Assembly (NCBI GenBank): GCA_905178155.1
Contig: CAJINV010000010.1
Coordinates: forward strand, 3,554,587 to 3,618,586
DNA length: 64,000 nt
From: Amoebophrya sp. A120
Lineage: Eukaryota; Protista; Dinoflagellata
Reading direction: 5' to 3'
Shown: piece after piece, positions 10,848 through 22,600 of the stretch
How the letters are laid out: every line of letters begins with the position of its first letter
How positions within the stretch are numbered: the stretch's first letter is position 1
The notes under the pieces: generated by a model
What the model was told of the DNA's origin: nothing
Databases searched by the model: none
What the model saw: the letters and a program-made list of their open reading frames with translations, nothing else
Position numbers and translations under genes: made by a program

Positions 10848-13800
10848 TCAGTCCACCACAAGATCCCTTTTGCTGCTCTTCCCGATGTATTAACTGCAAA
10901 TAAAAATATGTCTGGATCTGGAAAATAATGCTGGCCTTACATTCCAGTGCAATCTGTATTGCATGACCAACAAAAGTTGCAGCCATTTTGGAGAAGCAAA
11001 AACGCAGTTTCTCATGCACACTGCGAATGGGAAAGCGTTCTGAAAAGTTGTCATGCTGGGCTCCATTCGGAAGTGTTTCCATTATCCACATTTTAGCATC
11101 ACAAGTTTCCAGAGGACCCAGACATATTTGCACTTGATACGCTGCCGCTTTTCATTTCCTTCGAAGACAAGTAGCCATCCGTGACGAAGTCTGCGAGGTC
11201 GAAGAAAAAACCGGATATGGAAGCGTCAGGTTTGAAATCGTCAAAGTTGAAATAATTTGTAATGCATAAAATGCGATACAAAAAGTGACTCTATTGCAGA
11301 GGACCCACGGGAGGCAGATTATAGTCCTGGTAAGGGTCAAAAGTTGGACTGCTAACTAGCATGACAGAACGCAGCTCTTTTGCCCTAAACCGCATGACAG
11401 ACTCGCTTCCAGGACCGGGAAAGTTTGTCATGCACCGACTACAAACTGTAGGTCTAACTGGTATCCGCTTTATGCATGACAAACTATTTCAACTTTGACG
11501 ATTTCAAACCTGACGCATCCATACCGGAAACCGCGGACGTAATGTCGCGGGACAGATTCCCGAGGTTCTCACTGATCACACTCGCGCTGGAGCGCTGCGA
11601 GAGGTGCACTGTGTTGTCATCTTTGTCGTTGGATCCGGAGATTGTACTGTCGTTATTCGATGACGATGCTGTTACTTCTTTCTCGCTAGAGTTGACCACA
11701 GTGGCTCCTTTCCGAACCATACTGGCTGCAGCGCGACCTGCCGCGGCCGGATAATAGAAGTTGCTACCTTCCGCATCTGTCCCATCGGATGAAACCAACG
11801 CGTTTGAGCGGAACGCCAGCTCCCGTGCCGCCAGCATGTCCTCCACGGACGGGCGGCGGCTCTGCAAGGCCTCCTGTATTGCAAGGAAAAATCCCCCCTC
11901 CCCATATCAAAACGAAACTTCTGATGCTGGATTTGTGTACACGAGTCAGCTTTGTATTGCAAGAAGGCACTGCGGCCAGATCCCCAGGCTAGGCAGGGGC
12001 GTATGGGTCTAGTTGTTCAGCATGGCAAACGGCTCCCCTTTAAGCCCGACAGCATGACAAATCGCTTCCATAATGGGGCCTAAGCTTCTGCTCTTGTCGT
12101 CTTGCAAGACACGTGTGATGTGTGACCTCAAATCACCAACACAAATTTTCGAAAACATAGCTTTTCAATATGGGGAGGGGGGATTTTCCATTTTGATATC
12201 CTGCTTGTCCAACTCATACTCCTTCCTTCTGCGCTGGGCGGCGACGAGAGCTGATAGTTGTGTTTTGATAAGGTATAACAAATTCTTCTAATCCAAAACA
12301 TAATCTATTAACTGCCTTAGAGTACTAGTAAGTACTAGCAACTTTGCAGGAAACGTCGGACTATGTTGTCTGTGCCAGCCACAGCACAAGCTTCGGAAAC
12401 AAGAAATCTAGTACGTTGTATTTCAGCACAAGAAAATAAGTACTTGCAGTGGTTTCTTTCACGCCCTTGGGGATTTCGTTCTCGATGATAAGATATGCAT
12501 TGCAAATATCCCTGGATGTCTGGGAGGATGCGAACTTGTCATGCTAAGTCTGGATCGTACAAAAATTTGTGTTGCATGACTACCAAAAGCTGTCCAGTTT
12601 TGAACAAGTTTAGAGGCAGTTTGTCATGCAGGATACGCATGATAGGGACGTCGCAGAACCTGTCATGCTAGGTCCTGCATTCCAAACCTCATGCGGCATG
12701 GAAAATATGCATGAGAAGTTTGCATTCTTCCAGACCCAGACATATTTGCATTTGATATGAGACCATTTGGGTCGTCTTGTCGCTCCATTCCTGGTTGGTC
12801 ACCACCGTCCGCTCCGTTTGTTCCAGCACGGGTAAAAATGGGCTCCGCCTGCTGCTGCGCAGGAACAGGAAATAAACCCTGCTGCGAGGAAGTCGGCTGG
12901 GTGATTTTCCCATAAACAACAACATCACTCCCCTGCTCCGCAAGGACGCGCGGCCTGTCGCCAGCTGCTACAACACCCTTGACGTCCACCGCGTTCGACT
13001 CGAGATCTGCCGTCTGCTTCGTACGCCCAAACCTGATGTTCACTTCTTTTCCGGTGACGGATGAAGTTCCCGACCGGGCTGTACTCGACGTAGCTTGTTG
13101 ATTTGTTTTCACCGCCTGACCCGCCTGCAGCGCCACAGCAAACGGGTCTTCGTGATCCACGAAGCCCTGTTGATTTCCTTGCTGCGCAAATGTCGCGGAA
13201 GATGTTGTTGCACCAACGGTTGTACTAGGTGCAGTACTAGCCGAAGAGGAGGCAGAGGCACCGCACCACTGTTTTTCTGCGTCGGCAAGGGAGAGCAGGG
13301 TCGGTGGGGTGCGCGGCTTCGTCTCGCTGCTAAACGCATCTTGCTGTTGTACCTATATTTCACAAGTCGCTCTTTGTGATAAAAGCGCACGCTTTACTAG
13401 TTGCGGAACAAGAACAACTACGATGAAAGATACATCATGACAGATCCATACCTCAGAGAAAACATCACATTGCTCCTCACAACAAGAAGTAAATATATAA
13501 ATGTAAACCCATACTGGTACCGTCCTCACTTTCTCCGCGAACTCTGTACAAACCGTCTTCGCATCGGTTGGTGATTTCACATCCACCTCCGCGTTTTGCA
13601 GCAAAACCGACTGGCAAAGCTTCTCCAACTTCCCCTCCGATGGGTCCCACCCGGTAATCGCGCCGTAGGTTTCCTGGAGGAGGACCTTGCACAGGTTCTG
13701 GTCGAGCGAAACGACGCGGGAATGTTGATGAACCACTTTCAGCGCAAAAACAGTGGACATCAACTCTTGCAAGTTGAAAACCGCTGCAGCAGCAGAAGCT

Positions 13801-13901
13801 ACCGCAGTGACCAGGACACGACCACGGGACTTGGATAGTAGTACTTGTTCCTCCGCGGAGCGGCAATACCGACGTTGCGGCCGTGGGACGACACGCGACA
13901 T
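10848..13901 (-). CDS. Hypothetical low-complexity protein, multi-exon (5' end uncertain)
   Basis: Open exons at about 13490-13900, 12758-13290, 11524-11876 and 11140-11215 are separated partly by introners; probable end KSGSGKSSKRDLVVD*. No domain recognised. Confidence 0.55.
10888..11139. mobile_element. Introner, family A (subfamily shared with 51851-52107)
   Basis: TIRs carry small indels; TSD cgatg/cgctg. Confidence 0.8.
11216..11523. mobile_element. Introner, family C (long TIR, about 55 bp)
   Basis: tatggaagcgtcaggtttgaaatcgtcaaagttgaaataatttgtaatgcataaa and its inverted copy; TSD ccgga/ccgga. Confidence 0.9.
11877..12198. mobile_element. Introner, family D-like (TIR TATTGCAAGGAAAAATCCCCC)
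   Basis: TSD tcctg/tcctg; right end gggggattttccattttgata. Confidence 0.85.
12494..12757. mobile_element. Introner, family A
   Basis: TSD taaga/tgaga; interior similar to 53250-53511. Confidence 0.85.
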
Positions 13902-14417
13902 GATGAAAGCCGTTTCGAACCCCTCGGCGGTGCTGGCTCGTGTTCAACCTTTTACCCCGCACCCAAACACCGGCCAGCGGGGTGTTGCAGCTGTCGCTAA
14001 CGGTCTATCATCATCTAGTGCTGCGGTCGATGCGGCGCAAAGCGGCCCCCGGAGCTGGTGGTGCACACTTTGCAACTACTACCCGGATCTACTCTAGTGA
14101 AATTTTTGAAAGGATAATGAAAAATGTGGCGCTAAATACTTATTCCTGAACAAGAGGATCCTCCCGGTTTGCAGATTTAGAGGTGAGCACAAAATTCTTG
14201 TTGAAAGGTGACTTACACTCTCTCAAGAAAGTACGTCGGCAAAAATCCTTTCCTTCCTCCCACGCAAGTACTACTACCCCTCCGTCCTGTGCACTCTCAA
14301 ATACTGTTGCAGAGCTCGCTTTGTTGAATCCGCAACTCAGGAAGCTCTCTGACGCAAAAAGCGCCAAAATAAAACTACGCTGAGGGGTCGGGGTACGTAC
14401 AGACCTAACTTGAAACA

Positions 14418-14464
14418 CTTATTGAAAAAAGTCCCAACTGGAGGAAGAACATCAACCACACGAC
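14418..14464 (+). repeat. 47-bp direct repeat, copy 1 (matches 16324-16370)
   Basis: cttattgaaaaaagtcccaactg(g/a)aggaagaacatcaaccacacgac, one mismatch. Confidence 0.9.
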
Positions 14465-14473
14465 ACGCAGCGG

Positions 14474-15463
14474 TCACGAGCGCGCGCTCTGGGGGGGGAT
14501 GTAGCGTTTACGAACGTGTGGCCCCGCTGGCAGGATAACATCACCCGTTTTCCTGTTCCGGTAGTGTTCCGCTGGTCTCCACTTGTTCACATTGCTGTCA
14601 TGCACCCACCGAGCAAATTCCTGCCGTTCATGTACAAGCGCATGCTCACGGAGAACATCTGGCTCACACTCGAAGTCGATGCCACATTTGACGCATCTGT
14701 ATGAATCGCCGTCCCGGTGAGCTCCTACACCTGGAAACTGGGCGAGCGCAGTGCTTCGGAGAAAGTTCTTGTTTACCTGAACGATCTTTCTGGCCCGGCC
14801 AAGGAGCTCTTCAGAAGCTGCGACATTTTGTTGAAATTCCGTAGGTCGCGCTGGCGGCAGAAGATGGGCGTTTTGCGCAGTGTACAAAGTCCACGGGCTA
14901 GCAGCAGCACTGGTAGTTTCGAGTGTGATCCCCGCCTTCCGGCAAACTTGCTCGCATATCGCCGTCTTGTTGCAGCGGCACCACTCATCTTCCTCGGACC
15001 ATCTTCTGTCTTGATCTGGCCCCCTGAACCAGTCAGCAAACGTGTCCCGGAGGTACTTGCGGCGGGTCGTTTCGTAGAAGATGTTTTTTCTCCTTTTTCC
15101 GTCAGCCGTCTTGCTGTCCCCCGCTGCAAAGAGTTGATGTTCCGGTCTGATCCCGCATGCCGCGATGTGGTCGCTGGCCTCGTCTAGCACGAGGGGCCTA
15201 CCATCTCGTCTTGCGTTCGCGCTCAGGTAGGCCGCGAGGTGCCACTCGTGGCTGTGGGACCCGTGACCGGGCAGGAACTTGCCTAACAGCGCTGCCCGCG
15301 GTAAGTACTGGGACGGCTTTCTGGCGATGTGGGCGAAGTGGCTGGCTTTCAAGAAGGCGATGTCCGCCCGGAGAGGCGGTAGCCTCAGCCGCGCCCGCAG
15401 GTGGTGGTCACGCTGTCCGCGCTTTCGCATCGCATGTAGATTCGTGTTCATCAACATGCGCAC
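14474..15463 (-). CDS. Intronless hypothetical ORF (329 aa) with a C2H2-like motif
   Basis: Long uninterrupted ORF containing YRCVKCGIDFECEPDVLREHALVH (CxxC...HxxxH). Confidence 0.55.
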   Translation of the reverse strand: MRMLMNTNLHAMRKRGQRDHHLRARLRLPPLRADIAFLKASHFAHIARKPSQYLPRAALLGKFLPGHGSHSHEWHLAAYLSANARRDGRPLVLDEASDHIAACGIRPEHQLFAAGDSKTADGKRRKNIFYETTRRKYLRDTFADWFRGPDQDRRWSEEDEWCRCNKTAICEQVCRKAGITLETTSAAASPWTLYTAQNAHLLPPARPTEFQQNVAASEELLGRARKIVQVNKNFLRSTALAQFPGVGAHRDGDSYRCVKCGIDFECEPDVLREHALVHERQEFARWVHDSNVNKWRPAEHYRNRKTGDVILPAGPHVRKRYIPPQSARS

Positions 15464-15521
15464 TATTCTACCCTCCGCAGCCTCGAGTCGTCGTAGCTCG
15501 CGGTCGGAAACTCGTCGTAGC

Positions 15522-16076
15522 TCACAGTCGCCCTAGCGCCTCCCGCTGCTTGTCGAAACTCTTCACCGACTCCAGCGTTGCAGCGTGGAAGATGTGCTGC
15601 CCAGCATCAGTATAGGCGTAGGTCATGTCGAGCAGAGATGGGCCGCGAAAGCCGTACTCGATCAGCGTGTTTTCCTGGGTGGTGAGTCTCATCTTCGCCC
15701 TGATGACTTGGCCAACGCTGGGGCAAAAGGATTGGTTGATTTTGAGGTGGTGCCGGCGGAGCGGCATGTTCTCAAAATTCACCTCGAATTCTTTCGTGAC
15801 GTTCACCTGCACCGCAAAAGCGTGGAAACCGCCCTTCGGGAGGGACGACTCGCAGACCATGAAGGAGAAGTGGTCAGCGGAGACGTTTTCGACGAAAGGC
15901 TTGGTTTCGTCGCCGTATTTCCCCTGCTTGGCTCCTTTACCCTTTTTCCCCTTTGCGTCCTCATCCATGTCGCGACCAAACGCCATCACCTCTTCGATGT
16001 TGCTCCGCTTTTCGGCCACTTGGTCAGAATTTACCGTCTTTGTTGGCGTGGTGGAGACGGTAAAGTGCTCGATCAC
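15522..16076 (-). CDS. Intronless hypothetical ORF (about 184 aa)
   Basis: Protein-like composition with GC-rich third codon positions; no family recognised. Confidence 0.5.
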   Translation of the reverse strand: MIEHFTVSTTPTKTVNSDQVAEKRSNIEEVMAFGRDMDEDAKGKKGKGAKQGKYGDETKPFVENVSADHFSFMVCESSLPKGGFHAFAVQVNVTKEFEVNFENMPLRRHHLKINQSFCPSVGQVIRAKMRLTTQENTLIEYGFRGPSLLDMTYAYTDAGQHIFHAATLESVKSFDKQREALGRL

Positions 16077-16277
16077 TTCGAGAATTCGCGGTCCGGGTTG
16101 GCAGTCAACTGGTTCTCTTCAACAGTCCGGTCACTGCGTGTCGCGGAGAGTCACTGGCCACACATCTGCCCCCAATCAGAATGCGCGTGGGGTACTTGCG
16201 CACAGAATTAAGGTGGCAGTGCTTCTCTCACAGCTCACGCTCTTCTCACGCTCTTCTCAGGCCTCTTCTCATGCATC

Positions 16278-17237
16278 TCATAGATATCGACTACTCCCTT
16301 CACTAACAAGCACCAAAAAAAATCTTATTGAAAAAAGTCCCAACTGAAGGAAGAACATCAACCACACGACTCCAGGTGTCGTTTCGCGCTTTTTCCCGTC
16401 ACCCTTTCCCCCGCGGCCACGAGAGCCTCCTGCGGTCTCGTCCTCGTTGCGATTGTCCGGGCGCTGAGGAGAGTTTCCCCGTCCCTGCACTTGGTAGTGC
16501 GGGTGGCCGCGCTGGGTCGGGCTATGGACGTCACGCTCGCTGTAGTTGTGGCTCCGGCCGCCCCTCCAGTCGTGGTCGCGGTTTGAGCTGTAGTAGTAGT
16601 TGTCGTAGCGGCTTGTGCCATGTTTGTTGCCCCCGTCATAGAAGTCGAAGCCGCGTCTACCACCGCCTTTTCCTCCGCCGCGGCCATTGCTCCGCCCCCT
16701 TCGTGCCTGTGCCGAGGACCGTCGACCTCTGTAGTTGTTGCCGCCCATAATCACTCCGCTTACTACTGCTTGGTTTCTTTGCTCACGATGCTGCTGCACT
16801 GGGACGCTCTGCGTTGACGACGCTAGCAGTGGTTCCTCTGGTTTTCGCACGCTCCTGTTGTCGGAGGGGGGGGTTGAGAGGTCGATCACCGTCGGCGCGT
16901 GGGGGCTCTTCGGGCGGAGCACTCTACTTTCGTCCTTTGCTGCCGCAATTGATGCGCGCTGGACGGGGATCTGCAATAACGAGCTAGCGTCCCGGCGCGC
17001 TGACTGCGGGAAGACCGCTGCGCTGCGCTGGAAGGGGTTATCGTTAGAGTGCCGCGGCCTGAATATCGGGATGGAGGACTCGGGCTTATCGTCTACTCCC
17101 CCGTCTACCAACGAGAACCGCGACGCCAAGGTTGATCCGCGTTTTCCTGAGGGGCTGGCTTCCGCTACACCCATCGCGATGTCGCAATGCTGTGACTGTG
17201 ATTCATCTTCTGGGAGTCGCGGAAGCAATGTGGTCAT
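16278..17237 (-). CDS. Intronless hypothetical ORF (319 aa), RGG/low-complexity
   Basis: ATG-initiated ORF with GRGGGKGGGRRG and RGGR segments; it reads through the direct repeat at its 3' end. Confidence 0.45.
   Translation of the reverse strand: MTTLLPRLPEDESQSQHCDIAMGVAEASPSGKRGSTLASRFSLVDGGVDDKPESSIPIFRPRHSNDNPFQRSAAVFPQSARRDASSLLQIPVQRASIAAAKDESRVLRPKSPHAPTVIDLSTPPSDNRSVRKPEEPLLASSTQSVPVQQHREQRNQAVVSGVIMGGNNYRGRRSSAQARRGRSNGRGGGKGGGRRGFDFYDGGNKHGTSRYDNYYYSSNRDHDWRGGRSHNYSERDVHSPTQRGHPHYQVQGRGNSPQRPDNRNEDETAGGSRGRGGKGDGKKRETTPGVVWLMFFLQLGLFSIRFFLVLVSEGSSRYL
16324..16378 (+). repeat. Central direct-repeat copy (overlaps both the 47-bp and the 35-bp repeats)
   Basis: 16324-16370 matches 14418-14464; 16344-16378 matches 17711-17745. 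Confidence 0.9.
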
Positions 17238-17710
17238 GTAGCTCTACGCGCGTCGTTACTGCCGGCAGCGGTAAGTAGTGGAACGCTCCACACTCGCTCC
17301 GTCGGCTCTACCTGAAGCGCGACCACTAGCGTCGAGAGCGTGGACGGCAACGCGGCTCCGGTGAGCAAAACAGGACTCAACACAAACAAAGATATAGACC
17401 CCCCGGCCCCGCGGCTAAGTGTAAATCAATGTCCCTGCCGTCTTTAACTGTTGAAGGGATCGTGAACAATTTGGGGGCGCGGCCGTTTCTTTTTTGTCCC
17501 TTGCCGTCTTTTTTTCTTTTTGGGATCTTTTTCGGGGGGTCTTAGTACACACTAGATGGACACAACTGCCACGGCGGGGCGATGTGTCTTCAAGTCCTGG
17601 CAACGGCAGGGAGTTGTCGCTCCTCCAAGGGGCTTGTTCGTCTTCAGATACGACGGTATGATGCTCCGAGCCCGTAAAAGTCCTCTCCTTGAGGGGAAAA
17701 AATCCACTCT

Positions 17711-17745
17711 CTGAAGGAAGAACATCAACCACACGACTCCAGGTG
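17711..17745 (+). repeat. 35-bp direct repeat, copy 3
   Basis: ctgaaggaagaacatcaaccacacgactccaggtg is identical to 16344-16378. Confidence 0.9.
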
Positions 17746-19622
17746 CCAAACATGATCCAGAAGCGGCCTAAAGTTTTTACCTGAAGAAACAAACCGCAGC
17801 GAAAGACCTTCGTAGTACAACGTCGCAGTTTCAAGCACTTGCTGCACTGAAGATTTGTTGAAAAAAAGGGACATTTGATGAAAATCCTGCGCCACTTCTG
17901 CTCTGACCAAGTAGCCCAATAATTTCAGGTCCATTTCTCGTTGGTGTGGAGAAAGAGGATTTGCTTCTTGTACAGTTTCGTATCGTGAACCTTCATGCAT
18001 GAGATGCATTGAAAATCTTGATGATGAAGTTGAAGATGATGTTGATCAGCGGTTTGTTATAATCGCGGAGGTGAAACAAAGCTTTGGGAGGGTGCCCTAG
18101 TCTCCCTTGTGAAGTGAAGTCGAAGTAAAGTTTCAGTAACCAATCTCCTCGCAAAGTAGGTAAAAAGTAGTACGCAATTCCAGACTTTTTGGGAAAAGCT
18201 CTTGCAAGTAGAGTTGTCGCATAATAATGTTGAAATCTGAATAATTGTAAATCCGATTCGAAAAAAGAAATCGAAGGGTGTTGATGATAGTTGTGAATAA
18301 TTTCGCTTTTGATGAAATAAAGTAAAGTAGACAGTCTCAATCAGCAATCGAATGGCAAAATGCCTTCTTTTGTCCTAAATCAAAGCTGTTGAATCGAGAT
18401 TGTATCAAGAAATTATCGCTTTTTACCTTAAGTAGAGTCCAGAGATTCATCGAGCAGCCGCAACCTGTTTGTGCGTACATAAATCCAGATTGTCCAGCCT
18501 TCGACCGAATCTCGACGTCTGCTGTTGTCGTGATAGAGATTATAGGAGGTAGTAGATACAAGCAACAGTTGTAGAAAAAGAAATTGTGGCGTTTCGCTGT
18601 CAGTAAAGATACTAAATATTATTTTTGCTACTTCTTATCAAAAATACAGGCTGATCTTCTCTATCGAAAAGTCTTGTCCTCGTAGCCTTCGTCTTTGCTA
18701 CTTACGCCTGCGGTAAAAAGTTGCATCCTATTTTGAAGCATGATCTACTTCTGCGGTAGAAGAGGTACAGTAGGTGCGTGTTAAAGTAATAGTTGCTTCA
18801 TGCAGAAGTGAGGACAGCTTCCTCCTGGTGCGTCTCTATATTACCCCGAGATTTTTGTGTAGTTCATCTTCCCTACACTTTTCTTATGGGTTGAAAACGT
18901 CTGCGGCCCTCGATAAGTAGATGTTCGTTGATGTTGTTCCAAAAAGAGTAAAGTATATTATCCAAATTTAGAAGTCCAAATTTACAAAAAGAAGAAGATC
19001 CTGTGACAACAACGTAAGTGGCATTTTTGACCGTGGTGACAAAAAAAAATATTGTCTTCCAAAATATTACATGGCTTGTAGTAAACGCTTCTGTGGGAAG
19101 TGATAGAAAATTTCCCACCGTAGTACATAAACTGTTCGCGATCTTCAAATAATTGAGGCATATTGAAGAAAAGTGGTACTTTTGTTGAAAAAAAAAGTGT
19201 GAGAAGAAGTGTCAGAATTTGATGAAAATAGGTTCCTTTCGTCTGGTTTCTAGCGTCTGAAGAACTAGAAATGATGATGTTGATGCTGATCCTAGCAGTT
19301 GTTGACCCAACAGCTTTTATTGGTGTGGTGCGACAGTAAGATAAACAGAACTGGTTCTTTCTCCTGCGAGTAGTTCTTTTTCGTCTTCTCGCCGTAGTTG
19401 TACTAGCTACAAATCGAATAATTTTCCTCGTTACCCCTGCTGTGAAAACTTAAATTGACGTTTGGGAAAACGTCGGTGTCTGCTCGTGCATGAAACATAC
19501 AGTTTACTAATGTGTCCGTCAAATAAATCGGTTGTTTCAAAAAGAATCGCAGTGTCGTCAACTCGATAGTTTCAGTTTTCCGTATCCTCCACCTCGATTC
19601 TATCTATAGCTATAGCACATTT

Positions 19623-22600
19623 TTAGCGGTACTGCTGTCCCCCACCATACTGCTGGTTGTAGTAGGCTTGTGGTGGCTATGCATTGCAAATATGTCTGGG
19701 TCTGGAACAGTGCAACTTGTGATGCTGCATTTGGATGCTAAAAAAAATCTGTATTGCATGAGCAGTAAGAGAAGTCAAGTTTGGCTACATGTCATGCGGG
19801 ATGCGCATCGATTATAAGCGCTCAAAAAATCTGTGATGCTAGGGCATATATAACAGACGTAATGGATCATGGAAAATGTGCATGACAAACTTGTCCTCTT
19901 CCGGACCCAGACATATTTGCACTTGATAGTGGCTGCTGGAACTGCTGTGGTGCGCCGCCCGGATATCCTGAGCAAAAACGTCCGCGCCCCATAGTCAAGT
20001 TGGGAATCTACCAATACAAATCTCCAAGCTTTGGGAGCTGTGCATGACAAGCTTCCCTCTACTGCATGGTAAGTAGTGCTGGTGGACAAGGGAAGCCGCA
20101 TGAGAAAGCCATCTTCTCATCCTGTCGACAGCATTGCAAGTTGAAGTTCCAAAACACGATTATAAATGTCTCTTAATATGGAGCTGCGCATCACAAATGT
20201 TCCTGTCATTGCACATTTGCATGACAACTATGGAGTGGGGACGTTTTTACAAAGGATACCGGGGGACCCTGACCCATCTTGCCGCCGAACTGCGGGGGGC
20301 CCGCCGGGGGACCACCCTTGCCGAACTGCTGACCCATGTTGCCGCCCGGGGGACCCATGTTCGGCGGACCACCCATCGGACCACCCTGCATGCCCATCGG
20401 CGGACCGCCCTGCATCGGGGGACCCTGCATGCCGCCCGGAGGACCCTGCATGCCGCCCGGTCCCATCTGCGGAGGACCACCCATCTGCGGACCCTTGCCG
20501 CCCGGCGGACCACCGCCCATCTGCGGGTTGTATTACAGTGAAAAATGCCCCCACCACGGAATTTGCAGAAGTTTGTCATGCAAAGCTTCCAAATGAAAGC
20601 TTTTTGTCTTGCATAAAAGGATAGCAAGCGTTTGTGATGCAGAATCTGGGTGCGCAAGGACCCTTGTGCATAACAGAACCGCATGCAGCTGTTGCGCTAC
20701 TTCGCAACACAAATTTGACCTATTCAGCATGCAAAATTTGTGATGCTGAGATATGCAAGACGGCGCATGTTCCTGTTCTTGGAAAGGTTTGCAATACAAA
20801 TGCTGCCAAGCTGGGGGTGGGGGCATTTTTCATTGTAATAGGTTGCCACCCTTCATCATGTTCTGGTCCGGCTTGCCGCCCGGCTGTCCGAGCTGCTGGG
20901 GCTGCCCGCTCGGGGGACCACCGCTCATCCCGCTGTTTGGCTGGTAGGTCAACGCCGGGTACTGCTGCTGGCCGCCCGGTTATCGAAAAGAAAAAAGCTA
21001 TACCACATAGCACATTTGTAATGCAGAGACACGTACATGAAAAATTCTGTGTTGCATAAACAATAAACACCATCATGCTACTTGCCCATGAGAGATTTCG
21101 TATTGTGTATTTGTTTTTGCATGACAAATTTATGCATTGGTGTAGCTTTTTCTACTGTCATACCGGTTGCTGCATGCCCGGATTTCCTGGATACGCGTCC
21201 TGGATAGCGGGGTTCTTATCGTGAGAAAAAAGTGTTACAGTTACACACTCTCATGCAAGACAAGCAAGACAAACAACCTCTTTCATGCAGGAAACGCTTG
21301 CCAGCGTCACTTCATTCGTGTTTTCCTTTGTAGTCTGCGCATTACAAGTTTTCTTTGCCATGCAGAGCAAATTTGTGATGCTGAAATTACAACAAATGTG
21401 TAACTGTAAGACTTTTTTCCTGTGATAGTTCTGGCCACCGGCATAGTACTGTCCGTATTGCTGGTTGATACTTGTTATGCATTGCAAAAAGTACAACTAT
21501 CGCACTAGGAGTTGTACAAAAAATCGCATGACAAATAATTTCCTTAGTACAGTCAGAAACAAAATTTGTAATGAGGCTTCACCTTAAGAGCAGCGATATT
21601 TGTCATGCAAGACCACTGCGAGTAGTAAGCGCCTAAAAGTGCGCTAGGCCACCGTTTGCATTGCATAATTGTGATCTGCTTCAGGGCGTTCAAACCACCC
21701 GGGTTGCCGCGGGCCTCCACCGCCTGCTGGCTATCCACTGCAAACATGTCTGGGTTCTCTCAATTTGTGATGCGGGATGTGAAGGACAACAAGCATTTGT
21801 AGTGCATAAATGCGATTGGCCAGCTATTTGTCATGCTGTGAAACTTCTCAGTTTGTCATGCGTTCTGCAAATGAACCTGCAAAAATAAGCCTCGCAAAAT
21901 TTCTGATGCTGTTATGCAGGACACGCGGCTAGTACTCTGTGATGAAAGCTTCAGCAACACAAATTTCCAGACCCAGACATATCTGCAATGCATAGTGACA
22001 CGCCTCGTACAACCGGCGATCCCCCACCGTGGAATAACCGTTCTGCCGGCAGGCGCGGGCGACCTCGGTAGCCTGGTTTTCGTGGGCAGTTGTCTGCGTG
22101 ACACGGACCGGGTACTGCAAGCGGGCGCGGTAGTCATCCAGTACTTCCACAATGGGTTTCAAATCCGCGGCAATCTTACGCGACATGTTGTTAAACTGGG
22201 CTTCCACCTGATAGTTGAGTATTAATTTGGGTACTTAGAATTGCGAATTTGGTTCTTGTCGATTGCGGCTGTCATTGAGAATCAAAAACTTTTCTTTGGC
22301 GAACACGCATGACAATGATATACAATACTGCAATTCGTGCATGACAAAGAGAGCAAAAAAATCTGCTATACGATGCTGTGGTCGGTGCCGACCATAATCT
22401 CCTTTTTGTCCAATCCCAAGTCGATGCACACCCTCAATCCCAAGGTGGCGGCAGCTAAGCAGGCCATGGGGACCGTGATTTCACCAGATTCTGGCAAGTC
22501 CTGTGCGTCCAATCGGAGGGACCCGTGCCACATCTGTTTTACGTTCGGGGCCTCCGCCTGCACACCAACCGCGTTAATGACGACACCTGGAAGATCGTGT

